DNA of 60,858 nucleotides, filler included, from Guillardia theta CCMP2712 (lineage: Eukaryota > Protista > Cryptophyta), in assembly GCF_000315625.1 (NCBI RefSeq). It is 3 parts of 3 records of this genome, joined end to end, with 100 filler letters (N's around TTAATTAATTAA, not from the genome) between each part and the next. Parts side by side here need not be neighbours in the genome. Positions count along the whole stretch, not along the records: positions 15,663 to 44,322 come from NW_005434382.1; positions 44,423 to 60,858 come from NW_005434492.1; 1 more part is not named here. One strand, written 5' to 3'. The position numbers and the translations under genes are program-made. Positions 37,976-48,299 of this stretch are shown piece after piece; the stretch's first letter is position 1, and the number at the start of each line of letters is the position of its first letter. Under the pieces are notes generated by a model that was given only the letters and a program-made list of their open reading frames with translations, was not told the origin of the DNA and made no database searches.

Positions 37976-39006
37976 TCAGTTCAGAGGTGCAGAGAATTCC
38001 TTTGTGAGCTCTTCACTTTTCTTCCAGAGCTGCTCAGCCTTCTCTGCATCCTCAGCTAAAGGATGAGATGTCTTCATGACTGCGCACCTAGCATAATATT
38101 CTCCTGGAACCAAGCTAGAAGGAGGGGCAACACAACAGAATGTAGAAGTTGCAGCTAATTGCTCATGGGAGAAGAGAATCATCCCTCCTATCGCTCGATA
38201 AAGACCGATCAACACACCTGACAAACCTTCCTTTGCCAGGCCAGTTGGACCAACGCCGGGGTGAAGAGAGACAGCAATGATGTCAAGCTTCTGATCATGA
38301 AATCGTCTGGCAAGCTCTTTTGCCATCAAAATATTGCTCAGCTTCGATGCGCCATATGCTTCCATCCAACTGTATTTTTCTGGATGGGTCCAATTAGAGA
38401 ATTCTTGGTCTGGATTAGGAGCACTGCGATGTAGCTCGGAACTGACGCAGATAACGCGGGCAGGTTGCGAAGCACGAAGCTTGTCCATGAGCAGTTGACA
38501 GAGAAGAAAGTGCCCTAGGTGGTTGATTGCCCACGTGCTTTCGTGTCCCTGAGGCGACAAGCGAAATGGTTGTGCCATGACCCCGGCATTGAGAACCAGA
38601 AGGTGAAGAGGACAACCAAGCTTTTGAAATTCTTTGGCATAGTTGCGAACGTTTTGCAAGTCCTCCAGATCCAGAGGTACATCGGGTATCATCTCCACGG
38701 ACCCTGCGTTCTCAGCATTCCCTAACTTGTCCTGTATGCTCCGAATTGCTTCCTTGATTGCATCCAACCTTCGCCCAGCAAGGATAACTCTCGCTCCAGC
38801 TACCGCCAAAGCATGAGCAGTCTCGAATCCTGCACCGTTGTTGGCACCAGTCACCTGATTTCTATGAGTCCAAGACAGTAGCGAGGAGTTGATATATGAT
38901 ATATGCCTCAAGGACTTACCACTGCAACTTTTCCCTTGATTGGTCTTCCATCCTTGCTGTATTCCTTGACAACTTCCAATGCTCGCTTGCCGCCAAAAAG
39001 TCCCAT
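37976..39006 (-). CDS. Short-chain dehydrogenase/reductase (retinol dehydrogenase/WWOX-like)
   Basis: Exon 1 MGLFGGKRALEVVKEYSKDGRPIKGKVAV splices to VTGANNGAG; LVLNAG, NHLGHFLL, catalytic YGASK, SLHPG. Confidence 0.92.
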
Positions 39007-39062
39007 CTTATTTCGTCAATAGAGTCAGCACGATAGAGAGCATTGCCAAAAAATTCTAGGAA

Positions 39063-39069
39063 CATACAC

Positions 39070-39110
<41 letters not shown>
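39063..39110. repeat. (CA)n microsatellite
   Basis: Direct reading of the sequence. Confidence 0.9.
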
Positions 39111-39404
39111 GAAAGCGTTCTGGAATTTTGAAAAGGCACCAGCTAAAAATCCGAAACAGGGATCATACATATCACAGTAGTGGGAGCCTATTACTTATAT
39201 TCTTTCTAGTTCCTCGGTGTGCTACCCTTCTGTTCTACGGTCACCTCCCCCCCCCCTCCCTTCTACCGCTCCTATGCTCTTTCCTCCACCTTCGCTGGTT
39301 CTAGAACGTGTTGCAAGTAGTGCTTGCATGTCCGCTTTTCCAAACGTTCACTTAATAAATTAAGTAAATCCCAGGTCTAGGCTTCAGTTGAGACACTGCC
39401 AGGA

Positions 39405-40090
39405 GGGTTTAGGGTTTAGGGTTTAGGAGCCGGCCCTTAGTAAGAGCAGCCGGCCCTTAGTAAGAGCAGCCGGCCCTTAGTAAGAGCAGCCGGCCCTTAG
39501 TAAGAGCAGCCGGCCCTTAGTAAGAGCAGCCGGCCCTTAGTAAGAGCAGCCGGCCCTTAGTAAGAGCAGCCGGCCCTTAGTAAGAGCAGCCGGCCCTTAG
39601 TAAGAGCAGCCGGCCCTTAGTAAGAGCAGCCGGCCCTTAGTAAGAGCAGCCGGCCCTTAGTAAGAGCAGCCGGCCCTTAGTAAGAGCAGCCGGCCCTTAG
39701 TAAGAGCAGCCGGCCCTTAGTAAGAGCAGCCGGCCCTTAGTAAGAGCAGCCGGTCCTGGCAGGTTCCTTATTTCCTGGCAGGTTCCTTATTTCCTGGCAG
39801 GTTCCTTATTTCCTGGCAGGTCAAATCACATTAGGGTTTAGGGTTTAGGGTTTAGGGTTTAGGAGGTTCCTTATTTCCTGGCAGGTTCCTTATTTCCTGG
39901 CAGGTTCCTTATTTCCTGGCAGGTTCCTTATTTCCTGGCAGGTTCCTTATTTCCTGGCAGGTTCCTTATTTCCTGGCAGGTTCCTTATTTCCTGGCAGGT
40001 TCCTTATTTCCTGGCATAATAGGGTTTAGGGTTTAGGGTTTAGGGTTTAGGGTTTAGGGTTTAGGGTTTAGAGGTTCCTTATTTCCTGGC
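39405..40090 (+). repeat. Composite array: three TTTAGGG tracts interleaved with a 20-bp repeat (x16) and a 19-bp repeat (x3.5, x8, x1)
   Basis: TTTAGGG at 39405-39427, 39831-39863 and 40020-40071; AGCCGGCCCTTAGTAAGAGC at 39428-39753; AGGTTCCTTATTTCCTGGC at 39754-39821, 39864-40015 and 40072-40090. Confidence 0.95.
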
Positions 40091-40166
40091 ATGCAGATTT
40101 GCGGTACCCCTGCGCTGGTGGAGTAAGAGCCGCCAGGAACGACGGAAGCTTGGGAAACCATTGAGA

Positions 40167-42314
40167 ATGCTCCGAAGCATGTGGCCAATATCTATTGTGA
40201 ACCCTGACGAGATCGTGCAGTACCGTACCTCCAGCTACCTCAAGAGGCAGACGGAAACTGGAACGATGCCGTCACCAGCTGAGCTTGTGCGACGACTGGA
40301 TGACTTCGCAAGGCAGAATCCCAAAAGCAGGACGAGCAAAGCTCTGAAAGCCAAAGAGATATCCTTGGAAGCCTTAGCCGAAGCCATCAGTCACACATGC
40401 AGCTTTGCTGAACCTTCACCACTGGAGAGTCTGAAAGGTCTCGGGCAGTGGGGTGATGATGCCAGGCAGTGGTACCTGTCCGAATTTCTAGCAGACAGGC
40501 AACGGCAGATGGAGGCCAGGTCTTATGATGACCAGGGCACGAGTGTGCAGACGATTACCATGAAGGTACTAGGGATACCTGCATACTTCTCCAGACAGGT
40601 TGAAAACTTATGCGTCAAGCTGGAAGAGCAAGGCTTGATCGTAGATCAGACGCAAGACAGCAGGAGTTTGATCTTCAAGGCTCCCCTCAAGCCTGACCTG
40701 GCGAAGGCAGAAGAGATCCCAGCAGTGATCACCTTTGTCCGCAACGAGGCGGCAGAGAAATTCTGGAAAGGAGAAGGTACCTTTAAGGTGGCTGGAAGGA
40801 GGATCCTAGCAGTGAACCCAGCAGCCAACCCACCGATCTCGTTCAAGATGCGACCAAAGAAGGAGAACATGGGCAGAGTCGGAATCCTAGCGGAGGTGGC
40901 CCAACTCCTTAAGCTCAATGATTCGAGTACAGGTGATATATGTGAGATCTACAGGCAGTTGTGCTTGAAACAGGGCCTAGCAATTATCGACCTGATCCCA
41001 AACGCGGGAATGACAGTGAACCTCCCCCCCAAGAGGAACCTGCCGCCAAAGAAGGTGTTTGCAGCGGTAGGAATAGACACAGTCAACCAGAACAGAGAGG
41101 TAGACTGGATCGCGACTTGTTCGAGCCTGGAAGTAGCGGACATCGTCCTCCAGGCATTCGATCGACATGGAAAAGATCGAGCAGGAGTCACTTTGGGATT
41201 GGTCTCAGAGAATGACAAAATACTGAAATGGTTTTCAGTTCAAATGGAAGCAACGACTATGCTCAAGCATACGAAGAATGCTGTGCGACAGGAGGCGGCA
41301 ACGGCAACGGGGGCAGAGATGCTGTACTCAGTGCAAATCTCCTCCCCAGTGCCATCAGGGAAGTTCTCTCGAAGTGAGATTGAAAAAATCTGCGCCAGTG
41401 ACGAAACGGGCAGAGCCAAAGTCATCCGAAACATCCGGAGGTCTGTCGCATGCTGGGACCCACAGGTTGAAAAAGAGCTGCAACGGGTACACATCCAATG
41501 TGACGCAGAGACGGGGATGTGGGATGGGTCTGGAATTATTCTCAGGCTACGAAGTGAAAGGAGTGCAAGAAAGATGATGGCTGAATTCCCCACACACCTT
41601 CTCTGCTGGCAAGGCACAGTTGAGATCCAGACGACAGCAAGTAGTCTGAACCTCAAAGTGTCGCCTCAGGCAACACAGGATCAATCTGACCAAGCCAGAT
41701 CACAAACGCCGGGAACCAGAGCAGGCGGAACCGTGTGGAAAGAGATTGAACTGAACTCAATCATCAACGAAACAAACCTGCCCGACGCGGAAGCAGAGGT
41801 AGTAATTGCTGAGATCAAGACAGCTATCGCGGAAGTAGTTAACAATGACCTACAACAGCAAGGAAAGACCTTACTTCGTCTTGACGATGCTGTGCACGAC
41901 ATGCAGGTCGCCTTAGACAGTCCAGGCAACGCGTCCTTCTCCACGCTGCAAGAATGGGCTGATAAAGGCACTGGAGCGACATGGGATACCCAGAGTAAGG
42001 GCTTCAAAGAGCGAGTCCAACGAATCGTTGAGAAGCATACATGGAAGGTCGCGAAGCGCAAGCAAAGCGCTTTTGCCCCCAAAGAAGAGAAGCAGTTTAA
42101 GACTGACCTGCTCTTCATTGCATTGAATAAATTCCTAGAGGAGACAGTAATCTCTTCGGTAGGAATGCTGGGAGATAACGACGAACTAAAGTTCATGTTG
42201 AGCACTGAACTACAGATGAAAGAGGCCGGAATGGAAGAGGAACCGGAGGAAGGGAGCAAGGCGGACGACGCAGAGGGGATGTCACTAGACTCCCCCCCTG
42301 CGGCACAAGCTTAA
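40167..42314 (+). CDS. Retrotransposon ORF1 (RRM-like, no CCHC knuckle seen); start codon uncertain
   Basis: ~715-aa intronless ORF with RRM-like MKVLGIP...AVITF...FKVAGRRI and an acidic C-terminus; located upstream of the APE ORF. Confidence 0.75.
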   Translation: MLRSMWPISIVNPDEIVQYRTSSYLKRQTETGTMPSPAELVRRLDDFARQNPKSRTSKALKAKEISLEALAEAISHTCSFAEPSPLESLKGLGQWGDDARQWYLSEFLADRQRQMEARSYDDQGTSVQTITMKVLGIPAYFSRQVENLCVKLEEQGLIVDQTQDSRSLIFKAPLKPDLAKAEEIPAVITFVRNEAAEKFWKGEGTFKVAGRRILAVNPAANPPISFKMRPKKENMGRVGILAEVAQLLKLNDSSTGDICEIYRQLCLKQGLAIIDLIPNAGMTVNLPPKRNLPPKKVFAAVGIDTVNQNREVDWIATCSSLEVADIVLQAFDRHGKDRAGVTLGLVSENDKILKWFSVQMEATTMLKHTKNAVRQEAATATGAEMLYSVQISSPVPSGKFSRSEIEKICASDETGRAKVIRNIRRSVACWDPQVEKELQRVHIQCDAETGMWDGSGIILRLRSERSARKMMAEFPTHLLCWQGTVEIQTTASSLNLKVSPQATQDQSDQARSQTPGTRAGGTVWKEIELNSIINETNLPDAEAEVVIAEIKTAIAEVVNNDLQQQGKTLLRLDDAVHDMQVALDSPGNASFSTLQEWADKGTGATWDTQSKGFKERVQRIVEKHTWKVAKRKQSAFAPKEEKQFKTDLLFIALNKFLEETVISSVGMLGDNDELKFMLSTELQMKEAGMEEEPEEGSKADDAEGMSLDSPPAAQA

Positions 42315-44322
42315 TGGACGCAGGAACAGGAGGAGACGAGGGCAGGTGGGACAATTGGCACAAGGGTGAGGGGGAAGGACAAGAAGGTGAGAAAAACAAA
42401 GACAAAGAAAATCAAAAAACGACACAAACATTCGACCTCGTAGGGGAGATCCCCTGGAGTCGAAGGGAACAAAACAGAGAATATGGATTAGCGGCGCTAC
42501 TCAACTCGGGAGAAGCTGGCTTTCTCTCCGAAGATGTTGTGGAGGCGATAATCCTCGAGGCAAGCGAAGGTATCGAACCATTGGAAGACAGATTTCAAGT
42601 AGCATGGCTACGAGACAAGAGGTACGCGAACGCGCAAACTAGAAACCAGGTCGAGTCGCCGAGAGGGACTATTGTCCTCCCGAGAATAGTAGCTTGTTTG
42701 AGAGATCAAGAGGGGAGGACAAAGAGAGCAAAGCGACTACTAGCCGGGGCAGCTCAGCCATTCTTATTCCCGTGCGTAGAGAATGGCAATCATTGGATTC
42801 TACTAATGGCAGATTTTGACACAAAAAGAATACGCATTGTTGATTCACTCAGCACGGCTGAGAGAGACTTGGGGATTGTCAGAAGTCAAAGGGAGGCACA
42901 GTTTCAGCTGGAAGGCGCACAACGAATGGACTTAGCCACACTCGCGGCGACGATTGTCACGGAGGCATTCAGCGACCAGCTATTGTGCGAGGATTTCTTC
43001 TGCTTGTTCCCTTTGCTTTGGGAATGGCCAGAGTCGCACGGGCAGGTGCAGGGAGATACTGTTGCATTTGCTGCTGATCGCAAAGACAAACAGACCGACA
43101 CAACGAGACATCTCAAAAACAGGTAGGCAGCAAGGCGTCCCCCCACCCCAGCAATGGCTCGAGAGGATGAGGCACCGGCTGCTGGATGCGCTTTGGGTGG
43201 AGGATCCAGGAAAAGCGCGCATGCGAGAAACGATCAAAGGCATCTGCAGAGCTTTACAACACGCGCAAGATAAAGGGTACAAGGAATGGCAAGCAGCAGA
43301 GGTGACCCAGGCACAAGAGATGGAGCAGGGAGAGCAAGAACCGTGGCAAGCGAGAAACATGGTGGACCTGCGGACATATGAAAGGTCAGAACAGATGGAC
43401 TCACTACCGCCGCAGGCCACATCGCTCCCCCCAGCGGGCAAGCACAAAGAACAAGCTTCGAACGATGTAAGGGGAACTAGGGAGGAGGAGGAGACGCACT
43501 CTCCGGCAAGAGATCGAAGGGGAGTACCACATCAACTTCAATGGGCCAATAGGGAAGAGGAACAAATACTAACAACAGGTAGAAAACCTCACAATGCAAT
43601 TCGAACAGAAAGATCAGAGCAACCATCATGGGTGGAGATGCACAGAAAGGATAACACCCCAGGCAACATCATCTCTCAAAATGTTAATGGGTGCAGCCAG
43701 TTTGTGCTGAAACACATCTTGGGATACCTGATTGAGACATACCAGCCGAGCGTGGTAATGCTGCAGGAGGTCTTGGTAGGGGGGAGGAGGAAAGAGATAG
43801 CTCTCCGAACGATGATCAAGAAGGAATGGGGATGCTATCGAGTATTTATCACGAAAGGCACGGGGGGCGGGAGAAAGGGTAAGAGTGACCTACGCCTCAT
43901 GACATTAGCGCATGCTGACCTTGCACCTCGCCCCCCCCTGCCATGGCACTTCGCCATGGAAGAGGAGCGCGAGGTCTCCCAAAAAAGAATACAGGTTTTA
44001 CACGTTGGCCGCAAAAAAGAAACAATATTGTTGGCGAACGTACATTTCCCTATCGCATCGGAGGGGAGGGACCGAGACAACATGTGGAAGGCGCTGAGCC
44101 AGATGCTCAAGATGGACCCAAACATTAAGCTCAGCATCGTCGGAGGCGACTTCAACGCATCTCGAAAGCTTGCAGAGATCTGCACGAGAGTAGGGTACGG
44201 GAGCAACTCGAACGTGCACCGCGCAGATGAGGAAATGGAACGAAACTTAAATGAGCTGGGGCGATATCAGATGGTCACCTGCGAAAAGATGAGCAGAAGC
44301 AGTTCGCATTCACCTCTCCACA
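42314..44322 (+). pseudogene. Retrotransposon ORF2, N-terminal part: Ulp1/C48-like protease + APE endonuclease; frameshift near 43065; truncated by gap
   Basis: PCVENGNHWILLMADF...IRIVDSL...QVQGD is Ulp1-like. SQNVNG, VVMLQEV, LANVHFP and VGGDFNA are APE/EEP motifs. Confidence 0.8.
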
Positions 44323-44422
44323 NNNNNNNNNNNNNNNNNNNNNNNNNNNNNNNNNNNNNNNNNNNNTTAATTAATTAANNNNNNNNNNNNNNNNNNNNNN
44401 NNNNNNNNNNNNNNNNNNNNNN
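44323..44422. other. Assembly gap with artificial TTAATTAATTAA linker
   Basis: Same 100-nt linker structure as at 15563-15662. Confidence 0.9.
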
Positions 44423-44527
44423 AGGAGGGAGGGGGGAGGGGGGAGGGGGGAGGGGAGAGGAGGGAGGGGGGAGGGGGGAGGGGGGATGAGAGAGGAGGGA
44501 GGAGGAAGACTCGAATGAATCTACCTT

Positions 44528-47489
44528 TGGAGGGTTTTGTCTGACGAATGTCAATACGATTGATGATAAGAATGAAGTTTCATGACATTCCTGCAAACAT
44601 CAATGTGATAAGAATACAGAGAGCGGAAGAAAACGACATTCAACGATAAAATATTTCCTCAAACAATGATGCATTCAATAGCATTCATCCTGATATCAAA
44701 ACACCTTGCTTCACAAACACATCTCATCTCAAAACCTCTCACATCTCCAAACTCGCCATCTCTCATCCTACCTCCATTGCATCTCTTACGAGCTTGCAGA
44801 CAAAGTTGACCTTGGACATGTTCGCTGCAGACGGTCAGAGCGAGGAGAGCAAATCAATGATCATTGTCACCTTCACCCCTCTGCTGTGTTTGCTTCATCG
44901 GAACAAAATCTTTCACGTACTTATACATCGTTTCCGTGACATCTTCTTCTTTCAACGCAGCGATAAACAGACTGAGCAGGTGAGATGAATTGACCTGCAC
45001 GTCACACGAGTCACGACATCCATGTTGAACACATTGCAACACAACACTCGTTCACCTCTTTGACAATCTTCTCAACATTTTCTGCAAACGAGCGCGGATC
45101 GTAATCGTGCAGGAGATTCATATCGATTTTGTGCTTGCGCATGGTGAGCAACACGTCCAGGTACTTGCTGCAGGAGAGGAGAGAACAACAATGGTGTACA
45201 ACTAACGACTGCGGATGAAGAATCTCTAAATTCCCTCGGGGCAGCAGCAAAACAACTTTCTGATCGTTAAGAGGAGCAGTGACGAGCTGTGCTCCGCGCT
45301 CCAACAGGCGCTGGTCGTTCGTGGCAGCCATGGACATGCTGCTGGAGCTCTTGACGGAAGAGGAGGAGGAGAAGAAGGAAAGGGGCACGAAGACTAGATC
45401 GCAAGATGCAGTCGTGTAGATCAGATGCTTGTCATGCAGGCAGCAGGAGGTGACTGACTCTGCCAGCGGCTCCTCATTCACGAGAAGTTTCCCGCGCTTG
45501 TTGATCCCAATGATCAGCTTCCCTCCTCCTGGATCATGTGAGATCAGAGGAGGAGGAGGAGGAGGAGGAGGAGGAGGAGGAGGAGGAGAGAGGAAAGGAG
45601 GAGGGCGAGGAGGAGAGAGGAAGGAGGAGAACGAGGAGGAGGAGAGAAAGGAGTAGGAGGAGAACGAGGAGGAGGGAGGGAGGCAGTACCTCGAGGAATC
45701 ATGAGCTTATTGCAGGTAGTCGCCATCTTTCCTATGCTCTTCATCGTGATTTTTTCCTGCTCACCAGCGCACTCCGCCTCCAAGACTTGACCATCTTCTA
45801 GCTGAACGAGGCAAGCGTTCCTCCCCTCCTCCCTCAGCAGCCGTGAAACAGGAGCAGACGTGTCGATCTTCGCTCCCACCTCCATCCTCCATGACTCTCC
45901 CTCCCCTCCCTTGAGCAGGACGGGGACGAGAGCAGAAGACTGACAGCAGATAGCAAGCAGCACCCTCCCTTTCAGCCACAGAAGCTGAACGATCCGCCTC
46001 GTTCGATCCCCTGCCACCTCCACCTCGACCGCGGGCACCTTGCTCCACCTGCTGCTGTCTCCTCCTTCGAACGGCCTGCCAAGGATCTGCAAACTCCCGT
46101 CTGAGCAGAGGACAGCAACATCCCCAGCTGGACTCCAGCAGACTGACGAGATGGGGACGGGAAGCTCGACGGTGACGGCAGCCATGGGGGGAGGAACCAG
46201 CATCTTGCCGAGGGGAGTGAGGAGTAATTTCTTGCCGTCAATCATCGCGATTGTCTTGAGATCTATAGCAGACGTGTCTGCCGACCCGCTCAACATCTGG
46301 TGTACATCTCAGTGAGGAGAGGGAAAGGGAGAGGGAGAGGGAGAGGGAGAGGGAGAGGGAGAGGGAGAGGGAGAGGGAGAGGGAGAGGGAGAGAGAGAGG
46401 GAGAGAGAGAGGGAGAAGGGGAGGGAGAGGGGGAGGGGGAGGGAGGAGCCAAGATGACAGCAGCGACACAGGCCTTACCATGCTGTCAGAGGGGCTCAGG
46501 TCGAACCTCCAGTCAAGGGTGTAAACGTTGGAATCCTGGTGATCAAAACCGACGACAACAACATTCGGGTCATCGTCACTCCACAACATCCAAGGACGAC
46601 AACAAGTGCTTGACTTGGTGCAGGGCAAAAACTCTTGCTTCAAGTACCAATGATAGTTCGAACGATGCCACAACTGTACCTTGCCACAACCACCTCCTTC
46701 CTCCCCTCGCAGCGCTACCGCCAACAAACTTCCATCTGAGTTCCAGCACAGACTCTCCACCCGCCTCTGCCCGTCCTCCTTCAGCAGGGAGAATTCGTAG
46801 TGCCTGAGGGCGTTGGGCTCGAAGAAAATGATTTGCTTCCCTCCGCTTCTCCGCTGACATGCGGCGATAAGAGAGCCGTCGGTCTTGAAGGCAACACAGT
46901 CGTCCATGTCCTGCATCACCTCACTCTCTGCCTCGATGTTCCCCTGTCTATCAAGAACCAAGACGTAGGACGAAGACAAGTCTTCCGTCTGCAGCAGGAG
47001 CACGAACTTCATACCGTCTGCGCTCCAGGAGACCGAGGCTCTAGCGACTCCCTCGATCTTGAGCTGCTCGAGCTGCTTCTCGAAAACGATGCCCCACTGC
47101 ATGTTCAGAGCGATGAGTGTGTACGAGGCTGTCAGGCACAGGACGATCTCCCCATCGGGGCTGCTCGAAGTGCTCAACAGCCCTCCCGCCATGTCCCCGA
47201 CCCGTTCGAAGCTGCATGAGTCCAGGTGGTATACCGACAGAGCGCCATGCTTGTCTACGAGGAGAACACCCTCCACCTCGGGAAGGACAGCGATGTTCTG
47301 AACGTCCTCCACAGGTGCCTCATGCATCGGATCTCCACCCTTGAGTGAGATGCCGAGGAGACGGTCATCGTCGGTGGTGCAGAAGAGCAACGAGTTGGCT
47401 GTGTCGAGAGCAGCGCTGGTAACCTCTGCTCCATCAAGGGCATGCTCGAGTCCGAACTCTCTTCCAGCAAGAACGATAAGATTGTTCAT
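44528..47489 (-). CDS. ELP1: Elongator complex protein 1 (IKI3/IKBKAP family), multi-exon, 3' part lost in gap
   Basis: FFEPNALRHYEFSL, VQLWHRSNYHWYLKQE, VPPPM, ERGAQLVT...LLLPRGNLEILHP, MRKHKIDMNLLHDYDP, LFIAALKEEDVTETMY, SKVNFVC. Confidence 0.93.
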
Positions 47490-47624
47490 GCTGTCCTACC
47501 GCACTGTAATCCCGTGGTCGTTCCTGCGGAAATTTATCGATGTGCACTCCACCTCCGCACCCCAGGACACTTCGTCTGCTGTGCTTCTTCCTCTGCTCCT
47601 GTCCTCTTGCCTTCTCTTCCTCTT

Positions 47625-47755
47625 CTTGTCTTGTCTTCCTCTTCTTGTCTTGTCTTGTCTTGTCTTGTCTTGTCTTGTCTTGTCTTGTCTTGTCTTGTCT
47701 TGTCTTGTCTTGTCTTGTCTTGTCTTGTCTTGTCTTGTCTTGTCTTGTCTTGTCT
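47625..47755. repeat. (TCTTG)n microsatellite
   Basis: Direct reading of the sequence. Confidence 0.95.
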
Positions 47756-48299
47756 TCCTCTTCTTTCAGGGGCTTTTCTCTCCTTTCATCGTCATATCCG
47801 CCTAGTGCACATGCCAAATTTCGGTGGCCGCTCCTAAGCTCCGATGATCCGAGGCTCTCAGTGTTTGCGGCGGCCCGCCCGGCGCCGGGCCGGGTCCGAG
47901 TCGGGGGTCGGACCCGGTGACACGGGTACGAGTACTACTACGGGCAATTAAAGTTTTGAGTGGGAAAAAGATTTTCAGCAGAAATCTTCGGGTAGGTTAA
48001 GCATATTAAAACGAGGCCGAAAACAACCGGTCATATTGAGGTCTATACTACGCGTGCGAAACCAACCGTTTCGTTTCACAATCAAAGGACCACCCATCAC
48101 TTGGATGTAAATTGAGAGGGTGGTATAAAAGTATAGTATATTCTGACAACATACAAATAGATATAAACATCCCAATACCTCATACCCTGTAGTAAAATCT
48201 CAGTACATGGGTGGGTCCAAAACGCCAAGCAGAGAGGGGTGGAGAAAAAAGTCCCACATCCCCTCTTTGACCGGGCCCATCCGGGGTGTCCGGGGAGTC

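Larger units (their letters stand above)
39405..44322 (+). mobile_element. Telomeric-repeat-associated non-LTR retrotransposon (5' part; RT expected in the gap)
   Basis: Telomeric array, then intronless ORF1 and ORF2 overlapping at TAATG; ORF2 contains an APE endonuclease. The contig ends inside the APE domain. Confidence 0.85.

Noticed and set aside
40072-40165. Possible HDV-like ribozyme at the 5' end of the LINE
   Set aside because: Only a short TTCCTGGC/GCCAGGAA inverted pair is visible; I could not assign the nested double pseudoknot by eye.
44423-44800. ELP1 apparently truncated by the retrotransposon
   Set aside because: Both ELP1 and the element end at the same linker gap, so truncation is an assembly effect as far as can be seen.
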